From assembly GCA_028713895.1 (NCBI GenBank), contig JAQTNH010000001.1, positions 181,808-245,807 on the forward strand: 64,000 nt of DNA. The letters are read 5' to 3'. The position numbers were made by a program, and so were the translations under genes. Source of the stretch: Candidatus Nanoarchaeia archaeon. GTDB lineage: Archaea > Nanobdellota > Nanobdellia > CSSed11-243R1. The notes below the pieces were generated by a model. That model searched no databases and was not told the DNA's origin. It worked only from the letters and a program-made list of their open reading frames with translations. Below, one piece after another: positions 8,913-18,500 of this stretch (within the stretch, counting starts at the first letter, position 1; each line of letters starts with the position of its first letter).

Positions 8913-9782
8913 GTGATTAAAATCGTAGAACATGAAGAAAAAGTAGAAAAATTCTATACTACAGGCTCAAAAGTCAACCTGGCGGATTTTGATTCAACTG
9001 AGCTAAGAATAGACAATGAGGGATTTCTTTCATTCGGATACTGGGAAAACAAGACTGACAGATATCTTGACGCCACAAAGAGGCTGCTGAAATTTGTGAT
9101 TGAGAACAGCGAGGTAAAAGACGCGGACAGGATTTTGAATGTCGCATGCGGCTTTGGCCCGGAATCCTTTGCTTATTTTGAACATTTCAAGCCGAACGAA
9201 CTGATTGGGATTGACATAGCAAAAGTCCACACTGACTATGCGAACCTGAAAGCCAAGCAGCTTGGCGTGGCTGACAAGGTAAAATTTGTGCACGGAGACG
9301 CGGTTGCGCTGGATTTTCCAGACAGAAGTTTTTCGCACATACTCGGGATAGAAGGGCCTGCGCATTTCAACACGCGCGAAAAATTCTTCAAGTCAGCAGG
9401 GCGGGTGCTCAAGCAGGGCGGAGAACTTCTGCTTACTGACGTCATACTCGGAGAAAAATTCAAAGCATGGAATCCCCTGCACCAGACTGTCCTCAGGGTG
9501 GGGGCAAAGGGATGGGTTGTTCCGATGGCAAACGGGGTCAAGGAAGCCGCTTACAAAAAGCAGCTTGAAGATGCAGGATTTGAAATTGTTTTTTTGAAAA
9601 AAATAGGGGACAAAGTGTTCCCAGGATACAGCAGGAGCTTTGATTCGGAAGTCATACAAAAGCACACAAAGTGCATGGGGTTCATGACTTCAATGGGATT
9701 CACGTTCATAGGAAAGCTGCTCGGATGGCTTTACAAGAAAGGGTTCATAGAATACGTTTACGTGAAGGCGCGGAAGAAATAA
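8913..9782 (+). CDS. Class I SAM-dependent methyltransferase, RebM-like (sugar O-methyltransferase-like)
   Basis: FGYWE motif, SAM-binding loop ILNVACGFG, DAVALDFPDRSF. A GTG start is inferred. It is a paralog of 27671..28522. Confidence 0.75.
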   Translation: MIKIVEHEEKVEKFYTTGSKVNLADFDSTELRIDNEGFLSFGYWENKTDRYLDATKRLLKFVIENSEVKDADRILNVACGFGPESFAYFEHFKPNELIGIDIAKVHTDYANLKAKQLGVADKVKFVHGDAVALDFPDRSFSHILGIEGPAHFNTREKFFKSAGRVLKQGGELLLTDVILGEKFKAWNPLHQTVLRVGAKGWVVPMANGVKEAAYKKQLEDAGFEIVFLKKIGDKVFPGYSRSFDSEVIQKHTKCMGFMTSMGFTFIGKLLGWLYKKGFIEYVYVKARKK

Positions 9783-9787
9783 TTCAT

Positions 9788-10594
9788 TTAGAATTCGTCA
9801 AGCGGGCTTTTGATTTTTTTCAACTCAACATTTGAGACGTGAGTATACCGTTCTGTCGTATTGAGCGATGAGTGCCCAAGCAGGGTTTGTATCTTTCTTA
9901 TGTCAACCCCGTTTTCCAGCAGGTGCGTGGCGTACGAATGCCTAAGTGTGTGCGGGTGGACATTTTTTGTGATGCCTGCGCGCGCTGCAGCGAGAGTCAC
10001 GACTTTTTGTATTGCGCGCTTTGAGAGCTGCTTTCCTTTTGTTGCAAAGATGTATTCAGACGGATACTTTCTGTTCTGCAGATACTCTTTCAGATTTGTG
10101 ATGAATTTGTCAGAAAGAAGAATCATCCTGTCCTTTGCGCCCTTGCCGCTGCGCACCCATCCGGTTTTTTCCTCAAGCTCCAGGTCATTTATCTTCATGT
10201 TGATGCACTCGTTCAGGCGGATGCCTGTTGAGTAAATGAATTCAAGCATGAGCCTGTGCTTTTTGTTTTCAGTTAATTCAATCATGCGCCTGACTTCGTC
10301 TTTTGTGAGAACAACAGGCACCTGCTTTGGAATCTTAGGCGTCTTTATTGCAAAAGCTTTTTTCAGGACTTCGTTGTAAAAGAAAATCAGGGATGATTTT
10401 GCCAGGGCAAGTGTTGCATTTGAAACGCTGCGGCCAATCATGTCAGAAAGATAATTGCGGACATCGTTTTCATCAACAGCAACGGGCTCTTTTTTTATGA
10501 ATTCAAGAAACTTGCGGTTGTAGAACAGATAGGTTTTGATTGTTTCATTGCTCAAGCCGCGCAGGCGTAGTTCGGTTTCAAGCTGTTTTAACAT
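9788..10594 (-). CDS. xerA: Tyrosine site-specific recombinase (XerA/XerC/XerD family)
   Basis: Catalytic R...HxLRH...Y signature: HTLRHSYATHLLENGVDIRKIQTLLGHSSLNTTERYTHV. Confidence 0.85.
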   Translation of the reverse strand: MLKQLETELRLRGLSNETIKTYLFYNRKFLEFIKKEPVAVDENDVRNYLSDMIGRSVSNATLALAKSSLIFFYNEVLKKAFAIKTPKIPKQVPVVLTKDEVRRMIELTENKKHRLMLEFIYSTGIRLNECINMKINDLELEEKTGWVRSGKGAKDRMILLSDKFITNLKEYLQNRKYPSEYIFATKGKQLSKRAIQKVVTLAAARAGITKNVHPHTLRHSYATHLLENGVDIRKIQTLLGHSSLNTTERYTHVSNVELKKIKSPLDEF

Positions 10595-10697
10595 GCCAAA
10601 TTAAACGAACTTTTGGATTATACATGTTTTGGTTTATACAAAATTTTATAAGTGGCGTTTTAGTAGCTTTATTTGGTGGGGTTCTTGAAAGCGTGCA

Positions 10698-11912
10698 ATG
10701 ATGAAAGACATTTATTTTTGCAAAACAGATGAAGAATGGCTCAAACATTCAGAGGAACTGGAATACCCCATACATGTTACGCCATGTTCTATAATAATAG
10801 ACTATGATGATGACAATTGCATTTACAGACAACTTGACAACATACCTGCTGTTGCACGGCTGAACCACATAAAACAGCTTGGCATTGCAAATGAATGCAG
10901 GAATCTGGCAGGCAGCGGCCAGACGCGTTATATTCATTCGCTGATTTGTGCAACAAAAATTGATTATCTGGCGCAGATGAATAACCTTAACAGAGAGCTC
11001 GCAGTCACAGCTGCAATGATGCATGACATGGCAACAACGCCGTATTCTGACTCGGTTTCAAAAAAACTTAAATTGGGCGATGAAGCGAATTTTGAAAGCG
11101 TGCTAAACAGCAGCACTGGGGCGCTTGCATTCCTGGACAAGCATAACATTTCAAAAAAAGAGCTCTGCGACCTTGTGACAGGAAAGGATAAATCCGTGCT
11201 GGGGCAGCTTGTCAGCAGCAAAGGCTCGATTGATGTTGACAGGTGGAGTTATACCATATATGACGCCCAAAGAATTGGAAAACTTTCTTCTGTACTCGGC
11301 AACCCTTATTGCCCAGACCCGTTCAAGTCAATGAAAATTATTGACAACACTGTTGTGTTTGAAGATGTCAACGAAGTACGAAAGTTCCTTGAGACAAGAG
11401 TGTACATGTTTGAATCTGTTTACAGGAACGACGAGCTCATGGCAAAGGAAGCTTTTGTCGGCGAGCTGGCAAAGGAAATGTGGGAAAAAGGGATTATTAA
11501 TAAGTCAAATATTTTCAGACTGGATGACAGCCAATTCGAAAGTTTATGCCACAGATATAATGAAGAACTTTCAGCCCGAATATTCCATGTAGGATATTTT
11601 GACAGTTATGGCAAACTGCCTGCCGGTGAAGAAGAGGTACGGCAATTCATGGCAGGCATCACAGACAGGCCTTTTGTCGTAAAAAAAGGGTTCTCCATGA
11701 ACCCCGCCACAGACACGCCTGTGCTGTTTAAGGGAAAAGTGAAGCCGTACAAAGAGATTGATATGCCGCATTCCAACAGCTTACAGATGAGAGCGGACTC
11801 TTTCAAATATACTGCAGTGTACGGGTTTGAAGAGGACTCAGAACTTGCAAAAGCTGTTCGCAAGGCAGAGGCAAAGTTCGGAAGAGTGAATGCCCCGACA
11901 GAAACTAAATAA
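10698..11912 (+). CDS. HD-domain phosphohydrolase, dNTP triphosphohydrolase (Dgt/SAMHD1)-like
   Basis: H...HD...D architecture: RYIHSL, MMHDMATTPYSDS (compare LLHDIGHxPFSH) and DVDRWSYTIYD (compare DxDRxDYLxRD). Confidence 0.6.
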   Translation: MMKDIYFCKTDEEWLKHSEELEYPIHVTPCSIIIDYDDDNCIYRQLDNIPAVARLNHIKQLGIANECRNLAGSGQTRYIHSLICATKIDYLAQMNNLNRELAVTAAMMHDMATTPYSDSVSKKLKLGDEANFESVLNSSTGALAFLDKHNISKKELCDLVTGKDKSVLGQLVSSKGSIDVDRWSYTIYDAQRIGKLSSVLGNPYCPDPFKSMKIIDNTVVFEDVNEVRKFLETRVYMFESVYRNDELMAKEAFVGELAKEMWEKGIINKSNIFRLDDSQFESLCHRYNEELSARIFHVGYFDSYGKLPAGEEEVRQFMAGITDRPFVVKKGFSMNPATDTPVLFKGKVKPYKEIDMPHSNSLQMRADSFKYTAVYGFEEDSELAKAVRKAEAKFGRVNAPTETK

Positions 11913-11935
11913 GTTCTGACAATCTTGATTTTACC

Positions 11936-12409
11936 ATGATAATCAGAACAGCAAAAATAAAAGATTTGCCAGCTGTGCTTAAACTTGATTTAATGCTGAA
12001 AAAAGACCAGAACAGATACAACAAGAAGTATTTTGCACTTGCAGGTGAAAAGAGCCTGGTAAAAGAAACAAAAAAGTTCCTGAAAGGAAAACTAAACAGC
12101 AAAAAATCGCGCATTTTTATTGCAGAAGCGAATGGAAAAATAATAGGAATCTGCATGGCTGAACTTGAAAAGCGGCCGCCAATATTCAAATACAGGAACA
12201 ATGGTTTTATTGAATCAGTTTATGTCCTGCCTGTGTTCAGAGGAAAAGGAATTGGAACCCTGCTGCTCAAAAGCGCAATTAAATGGCTGAAAAAGAACAA
12301 GATGTCTTTTATCACGCTTGCAGTCCATGAGCAAAATATTCCTGCAATAAATGCCTATAAAAAATCCGGATTTGTTAATTTTTTCAATAAAATGCTGAAG
12401 GTGTTATGA
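11936..12409 (+). CDS. GNAT-family N-acetyltransferase
   Basis: Acetyl-CoA-binding motif VLPVFRGKGIGTLLL and a conserved NIPAINAYKKSGF tail. Confidence 0.8.
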   Translation: MIIRTAKIKDLPAVLKLDLMLKKDQNRYNKKYFALAGEKSLVKETKKFLKGKLNSKKSRIFIAEANGKIIGICMAELEKRPPIFKYRNNGFIESVYVLPVFRGKGIGTLLLKSAIKWLKKNKMSFITLAVHEQNIPAINAYKKSGFVNFFNKMLKVL

Positions 12410-12410
12410 A

Positions 12411-13091
12411 ATGTTGGACTTTGACAAGCTGATTGACGAGCACCTGAAAAAGGAAAATCGTCCGAAAGGGATTGGGAGATATTATCCGAGCGAAGCAGGA
12501 ACCTGCATGCGAAAAATCTGGTACTCGTACAAGTTTCCCTCTGAAGTTGAGCCAGAGCTTCTCAAGATTTTTGAGATGGGAAACATAGTCCATAATTTTG
12601 TTGTTGAAGTTCTGAAGAGCGAAAAAGTCAAGGACATTGAGCTTCTGGAATCCGAATTCCCGTTCAGGGAAGAGGTTGAAGATTTCATGATTTCCGGCAG
12701 GATTGACAATCTCATCAAAATTAAGGCGAGCGGGAAGATTTACCTGGTCGAGGTCAAGTCAACGAAGAGCATTGATTATGTAAAGGAAGCTTCACCGCAC
12801 AATGTGCAGCAGCTCCAGCTTTACATGCACTTCACAGGGGTGCACAACGGCTTTTTGCTTTACATCGACAAGTCAAACCTGAAGACAAAGACTTTTGAAA
12901 TAGAGTACAGCGAGGAAGAGGCAAAGCGGATTCTTGAGCGCTTCAAGTCGCTGCACAAGCACCTTAAAGAAGAAAACCTTCCCGAAGCAGAGGGCAGAAG
13001 CCACAAGGAAATCAAATGGATGTGCGGCTACTGCGAATACAAGGACAGGTGCCACACAGACACGCCAAAGGCAAAACACGAAGAGGAATAA
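12411..13091 (+). CDS. Cas4-like PD-(D/E)xK nuclease with a 4-Cys cluster (DUF83/RecB-like)
   Basis: D...EVK (GRIDNLIKIKASGKIYLVEVKS), QxxxY (QQLQLYMHF), an N-terminal Cys (GTCMRK) and a C-terminal CGYCEYKDRC. No cas genes are nearby. Confidence 0.7.
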   Translation: MLDFDKLIDEHLKKENRPKGIGRYYPSEAGTCMRKIWYSYKFPSEVEPELLKIFEMGNIVHNFVVEVLKSEKVKDIELLESEFPFREEVEDFMISGRIDNLIKIKASGKIYLVEVKSTKSIDYVKEASPHNVQQLQLYMHFTGVHNGFLLYIDKSNLKTKTFEIEYSEEEAKRILERFKSLHKHLKEENLPEAEGRSHKEIKWMCGYCEYKDRCHTDTPKAKHEEE

Positions 13092-13538
13092 TTATTTTTT
13101 CATTTTCTTAATAATGCGCCAGGCAACTATCCCAAAGACAGCAAGGATTATCAGCAGTGTAACGAAAACAGCTATCTTGTCCTGGAAGTTTGTTGCGACG
13201 CCTTCCATCACAAGTATTGCGCCGGTAGCCAGCCCTGTTATGCGTATGAAGTTCTCGCTCAACAGCAGCCCGACAAGCAGTAATATGAATCCTATCGGCG
13301 CAAAGATGTAGAAGCGCATCTGGTTGTACGGCTTCATGGCGTCTTCATATGCCTTGTTGCATGAGTCCCAATATGCCTGGTTTTCAGCATCGGTTTTTGA
13401 CTCGACAGCAATAGGCTTGCAGTAAGTGTCATATCTTGGCTCTTCAATGAAGATGCTTGTCCCTACATTGACAAGCGCTACAAAAATAATTGTCATAACT
13501 ATGCTGGCCAGTATTGTGAGCCCGAGCTTGCTTACCAT
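13092..13538 (-). CDS. Membrane protein (3-4 TM)
   Basis: 148-aa hydrophobic ORF. Confidence 0.5.
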   Translation of the reverse strand: MVSKLGLTILASIVMTIIFVALVNVGTSIFIEEPRYDTYCKPIAVESKTDAENQAYWDSCNKAYEDAMKPYNQMRFYIFAPIGFILLLVGLLLSENFIRITGLATGAILVMEGVATNFQDKIAVFVTLLIILAVFGIVAWRIIKKMKK

Positions 13539-13629
13539 GAGGTATCCAAAAGCCGGGCATATTTATAAAGTTCTGCTAAGAGCCGGCAGAAAACGCACAT
13601 TTAAAAAATATAACCGAGTTCTAAAAAAT

Positions 13630-13995
13630 ATGATTTTATTAAAAGGGCTAAAAAGACGAGCACGCAGGCAGGCAAGGGAGACGCTGGACACTCTCATAGT
13701 GGAATCCGTCTGCAAGGACTGCATCCCAAAAACAAGATATGGCATACAGGATTATTTGCGGGAGCAAGGATTTGAAGTCAGTGACGAGACAATCGGGAGG
13801 CATGCGAAGAAACTGCTGTACTGCTTAACTTACAGGGAGATAAGAAAAGAATCGAATACGCTTGTTTCTACAGAATTCAGAATGCCCGACCGCACCCAAT
13901 TTTACCTTCCAAAAGATGCTAACATGCGTGAAAAAGCACTGCGCAGATTTGCGTATTCCAAATTACAAAAGTTGTATAAATATGAAGTGAGTTAG
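13630..13995 (+). CDS. Hypothetical basic protein
   Basis: The internal start MILLKG was chosen because the longer ORF (from 13426) overlaps the convergent membrane-protein gene. A TATA-like TTTATAAA lies at ~13562. Confidence 0.35.
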   Translation: MILLKGLKRRARRQARETLDTLIVESVCKDCIPKTRYGIQDYLREQGFEVSDETIGRHAKKLLYCLTYREIRKESNTLVSTEFRMPDRTQFYLPKDANMREKALRRFAYSKLQKLYKYEVS

Positions 13996-14016
13996 AAAAC
14001 TATTGAGGTGATAGTC

Positions 14017-14088
14017 ATGGCGACAAAAAAGAAGCATCATGCAAAGAAAAAATCAAAATGCAGCTGCAAGAAATGCAAATGCAAGTAG
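14017..14088 (+). CDS. Possible 23-aa Lys/Cys-rich micro-peptide (MATKKKHHAKKKSKCSCKKCKCK)
   Basis: A GAGGTGA Shine-Dalgarno site lies 6 nt upstream of the ATG. It is too short for the ORF track. Confidence 0.2.
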   Translation: MATKKKHHAKKKSKCSCKKCKCK

Positions 14089-14111
14089 TAATATAACTTA
14101 TTTTTCTTTTT

Positions 14112-14513
14112 TTATTGTATAAGAAAACTCCAGTCGTATCCCTTTTTCTGGCGGTAATGCTCCAGCACTTTCTTGAAAAATTCGCTGACTGACTCAGGAG
14201 TCCGTTCAACTTTGCCTTCGATTATTCTTTGTTTTTGTGAAGGTTCGTCAAAATCCTGGTAATAGGACCGTGCAGTAAGCCCTGACTCATAAGTCTCAAC
14301 CAAAACCAGGCATACCAGAGTTTTGTCAAAATGAGTGATGAGCACATAATTGTTTTTATCGTCTATAACACAAGCAGAATCCCTGATAAGCCCTTTTGCT
14401 TTGCAGTTCTTCCCTACACTGTCCAGAAGGGATTCGAGCTCAGGAGATTTTACCCACTCCCTGAATTGTTTCCTGTACGCTTCAAAGCCCTGGGCCTCGG
14501 GTGCGGTTTCCAT
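14112..14513 (-). CDS. Hypothetical protein
   Basis: 133-aa ORF. Confidence 0.45.
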   Translation of the reverse strand: METAPEAQGFEAYRKQFREWVKSPELESLLDSVGKNCKAKGLIRDSACVIDDKNNYVLITHFDKTLVCLVLVETYESGLTARSYYQDFDEPSQKQRIIEGKVERTPESVSEFFKKVLEHYRQKKGYDWSFLIQ

Positions 14514-14640
14514 AAAAAAACAAAATCTGCTTTGGCTTATAAAGTTTACTACTGAGGGGTGTATACACTTCTTTTTATTGGGGCTGTGTTTTGGGTTTTA
14601 TACAACATTTGTTGGAGGTGAAATATTGGAAAAGAACAAA

Positions 14641-15363
14641 ATGATTTTTACGGGAATGATTATCCTTGGAATCTGCATTCTGGCGGCAATTGGCATTATC
14701 GGCTTCGGGGTTGTTTCATGGACAAGCTCGTTCAGCCAGAAGACAATCAGCGCGACAGGCGAGGCAGAGAAGATAGTTGCGCCTGACCAGGCTGTGATAG
14801 GCATAGGCTACACTGTAACAAAAGCCACTGCCGCAGACGCGCAGAGCGACATGAACACAGTGATGGACAAGGTGATTGCTGGCCTGAAAGCAAGCGGAAT
14901 CGCGGACGCAGACATCAAAACAACTTACTTTGACGTAAGCCCGGCATACAACTGGAGCAGCGGAACCTCGGAGATTTACGGCTACACCGCAACACATAAT
15001 ATAGATGTCAAAACAACAGAGTTCAGCAAGGCGGGGGCAATCATTGACACGGCAACACAAGCTGGCGCGAACCAGATAAACAGCGTGAGATTTGAGCTGA
15101 AAACAGACACTGAGAAAACAATAAAGCAGGAACTGTTCACACTGGCGTCACAGGATGCGCGCACAAAAGCTGACAGCATTGCAACAGGGCTCGGCACATC
15201 AGTCAAGAGCGTGAAATCTGTTTCAATAAGCGACTACTATTACCCGCCAATCATGTATGCATATGACTCAGTTTCAAAAGCAGAGGCTGGAGTTGCACAG
15301 ACAAGCGTGTCGCCAGGCGAGCTGACAGTCTCAGTGAGCGTAAATGTTGAATTCTTAATTTAA
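14641..15363 (+). CDS. SIMPL-domain (DUF541) membrane-anchored protein
   Basis: N-terminal TM helix followed by the SIMPL pattern (IGIGYTVT...TTYFDVSPAYNW...ATHNIDVKT...SVRFEL). A GGAGGTGA Shine-Dalgarno site is upstream. The long ORF-track N-terminus from 14350 is rejected. Confidence 0.7.
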   Translation: MIFTGMIILGICILAAIGIIGFGVVSWTSSFSQKTISATGEAEKIVAPDQAVIGIGYTVTKATAADAQSDMNTVMDKVIAGLKASGIADADIKTTYFDVSPAYNWSSGTSEIYGYTATHNIDVKTTEFSKAGAIIDTATQAGANQINSVRFELKTDTEKTIKQELFTLASQDARTKADSIATGLGTSVKSVKSVSISDYYYPPIMYAYDSVSKAEAGVAQTSVSPGELTVSVSVNVEFLI

Positions 15364-15389
15364 TCCTTTTGTTTTCTTATTTTTGTTTT

Positions 15390-15589
15390 TTTTCACTCTG
15401 AAAAAGTTTAAAAGGCAGTATCCTCTCAATTTAAGACAGGGAAATGTTGATGGTTGAGGTGGAAAAATGAATTCTAAGGGAGAGAGCAGACTAAATTTAA
15501 TTCTAAACAGGTTCGGAGCGTCAAAAGCATCCGCATCACTGAAGATTTTCCTCGCACTCATCATTTTCGGCATAGCGTCAGCTTTCCTC
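15390..15589. repeat. Copy 1 of a ~200-bp duplicated promoter plus signal-peptide module
   Basis: Near-identical to 21856..22054. It carries the TATA box, the Shine-Dalgarno site GAGGTGG, and a first 41 codons identical between the two giant genes. Confidence 0.9.
15406..15412 (+). promoter_or_regulatory. TATA box (TTTAAAA) of giant surface protein gene 1
   Basis: AAAGTTTAAAAGG lies 55 nt upstream of the ATG. GAGGTGG at 15456..15462 is the Shine-Dalgarno site. Confidence 0.5.
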
Positions 15590-18500
15590 CTCGGCGTTGT
15601 CTTCGCAACACACAGCTATTCGCCAGCCCCGGCAACAGTTCCAAACTGGACAAGTTCATGCGGCAACAGTGACGAAGGTCCAGGACCTGGAGATGCAATG
15701 ATAAACCTGACAAAAAATATCACGCTGACAGCAACAGGCAATGACACTTCATATCTCAACTTAACGCTCCTCAACTCAACTTCAAATTATACAATCCAAG
15801 ACTTCCTCACATTCTACCCGGCAAGCACGCTTAGCTGTTTAAAATCATCAGACACTTTAATTGAATGCACCAACACAACTGCAAATGTTCTGGCAGGGAC
15901 TGGAATGACAGTCCAGTTTAATACATCAGTCAACAGGAGCAGGCTTTGCATGGCAAACGGGCTGGACATGTTTTATTGGAATATATCAACCCTGGACAAT
16001 GAAACCAGTTTTAATTCTACGATATTGATAGACAAATTTGATTCACAAAGCCCAATGCCTTCAGGCATGATGATAACATCAACCAAATACACAAACGGTT
16101 CAAATTGGTTTGTAACAAGCCCGTATGATCTAACAGTTCCAACCGGGACAGACGGGAGCGGTTCAGGAATAAACACAAGCTCATGCGTGTATACAACGAA
16201 TATGAGCGGAATGCCTACTGTATGGACTGCAGCTACGTATGCAGACCCCAACTGTACAAAAACAGGAATAACAATTGCAGACGGTGTTTTGCACCAATCA
16301 AGTTTAGCTGTATCTGACATTGCAGGCAACCGTGGCGGATCTGGCTCATTAGACATTTATGGAGACGCATTAGCTCCAACAATCACATGGAATTCCCTTG
16401 CCAGCGCATACAAATTAGGCACAATAGTCACGCTTAATGTAACAGCCGCAGACGCGGGCTCAGGAGTCAATACGTCTGCGTTCACATTTAATGTTTCCTG
16501 CACAGGCAGCTCAAACGGCTCGCTTGGCGCGCTAACATGCACGCCGGGCTTGGTTCCCAAATCAACAGAATGCACACAGGCCTGGACAGCCCCAGATGCA
16601 GTTGCAAACTGCAACATAACTGCAAACGCAACAGATGCCCTCGGGCAGACAAATACAAGCATCGCAAACCTGAACATTGACTTTGGATGCGGAGACAACA
16701 TTTCATATTCAACCGTATTAATCCATAATATAACAGGATGCACCTCAGGCGCTCTTTTCATCAATACAAGCAATTTAGTTCTTGACTGTGACGGATATGC
16801 AATAGATGGATACGATGTCACAGAATCAGGCATTGAAATATCCCCAGGAATCGAAAATGTAACAATCCAAGACTGCATTATTTGGGGTTACACTGACACA
16901 GCCGGCATCGTGGGCAACGGACTTGGCAGCAGCGACGGCAACATAAGCATAGTATCCAACACATTTTATAGCAATGGACAGGCTATCCTCTTGAATGCAA
17001 CTTCAGCAGGAAGCAATGATTATGACATAAACAGCAATATAATCTACAACACAACAGATGCTTCAAAGGATGCAATCTATGTTGGAAGTTCGGGAAACAT
17101 CTACATAGACCACAATGAGATTTATAGTGCTGCCAGCACAGGAATATCTGTGCGTTCATCAAGCGGAACAATCTCAAACAATGTAATAAACAACACTCTT
17201 ACAGGATACGGCATTTCAACAAATGCATTCGCAGGAGTTATAGAACTCAATAATGTTTCGTATGCAGAACGCGGAATCAATTATTTTGCATCAGGCCCCA
17301 TTGCGAACATTACAAACAACACTTTGAATATCAATGACTACGGATTATACATCTCTTCAAGCATGGACATATCAGTATGGCATAATAATGTATATAATAA
17401 TACTATGAATGTTCTTTCAACTAGCCCCATTGAATTGTCCTATAGCAGCGAAGGAAACTACTGGGGACACGATGGATGCCCTGTGTTCAGTGCAGGGATA
17501 GATTCAAACTCAGCAACTGTAATCGACAGCTACGCTTACAATACATCAAGCGGATGGCTGACAACAACACCAGCGTTCTGCGCGCCGCAAATAATTACAT
17601 TTGCAGATGTTTTCAGTGGCTTTGCATATGCGAACATAGGAATCGGAGAATCAATGGCGATGCCATTTGTTCTGGATGTTTATGTTAACATAACAAACAC
17701 AACACCAGCATGGGTGAATCTTACAGGAGCTGGCGGCAGTTTGTGCATGGAGAGCTATGCGCCTAATGTAATGCTCAGCTATGAGGATTTGGGAGACGGC
17801 CCTGTATTCAACGCAGAGTGCACATTAAACAAAACAATACTTGCAACGCTGGGTCCACAGCATAACCTGACTGCGGTGGCATACTATGTGTCGTCACCAG
17901 CTATAACAAACACACAAAATTTCACATTGAATTCTGACTTTGAACGCCCAGTTATGAACTTTGGATGGTGGGACACAACAGGCGGGGACGGAACTCCTGT
18001 AAAATTTGTAAGCCCTGAGAACATGTTTAACAGGCAGGACATATTTTTCTCGCCAACAGACAATGCCGTACGGATAAGAGTTAATGTAACAGACAACAGC
18101 GTAGTGTCGTATGTGGAAGCAAATATGACTTCGCTTGACAGCGCAATGGCACTGACAGGCGGAAACTGCAGCGGAGTTGTAAACCTTACAGGTGTCGGCG
18201 GAAATTTCTGGGAATACAACTGCAGCCTTGGAGGCTTCAACAGAACGTTCATACAGGATGTCCTGAACGGAGGCACATTCAGCCCGGTATTCGAAGGACA
18301 GACAGACGTACAGATAGCAGCACATGATGTATTCGGAAACCCGACTGCAATAGCGTATAATACTTCTGAAATCACACCAGTGGAATGCGTGGGATACGTA
18401 GAGGGGCAATGCATGTCACTTGTTACACCGATAGTCATACATGACATTGAAGTGATGGGGCCGACAAGCATCAGCGCCATACATGACCAGATAGAAGAAT

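Noticed and set aside
13426-13629. Long N-terminal version of ORF 13426..13995
   Set aside because: It would overlap the convergent membrane-protein gene by 113 nt. An internal start after a TATA-like box was chosen, with low confidence.
14350-14640. N-terminal 97 aa of ORF 14350..15363
   Set aside because: It overlaps the convergent gene 14112..14513. The SIMPL domain with its own TM helix and Shine-Dalgarno site starts at 14641.
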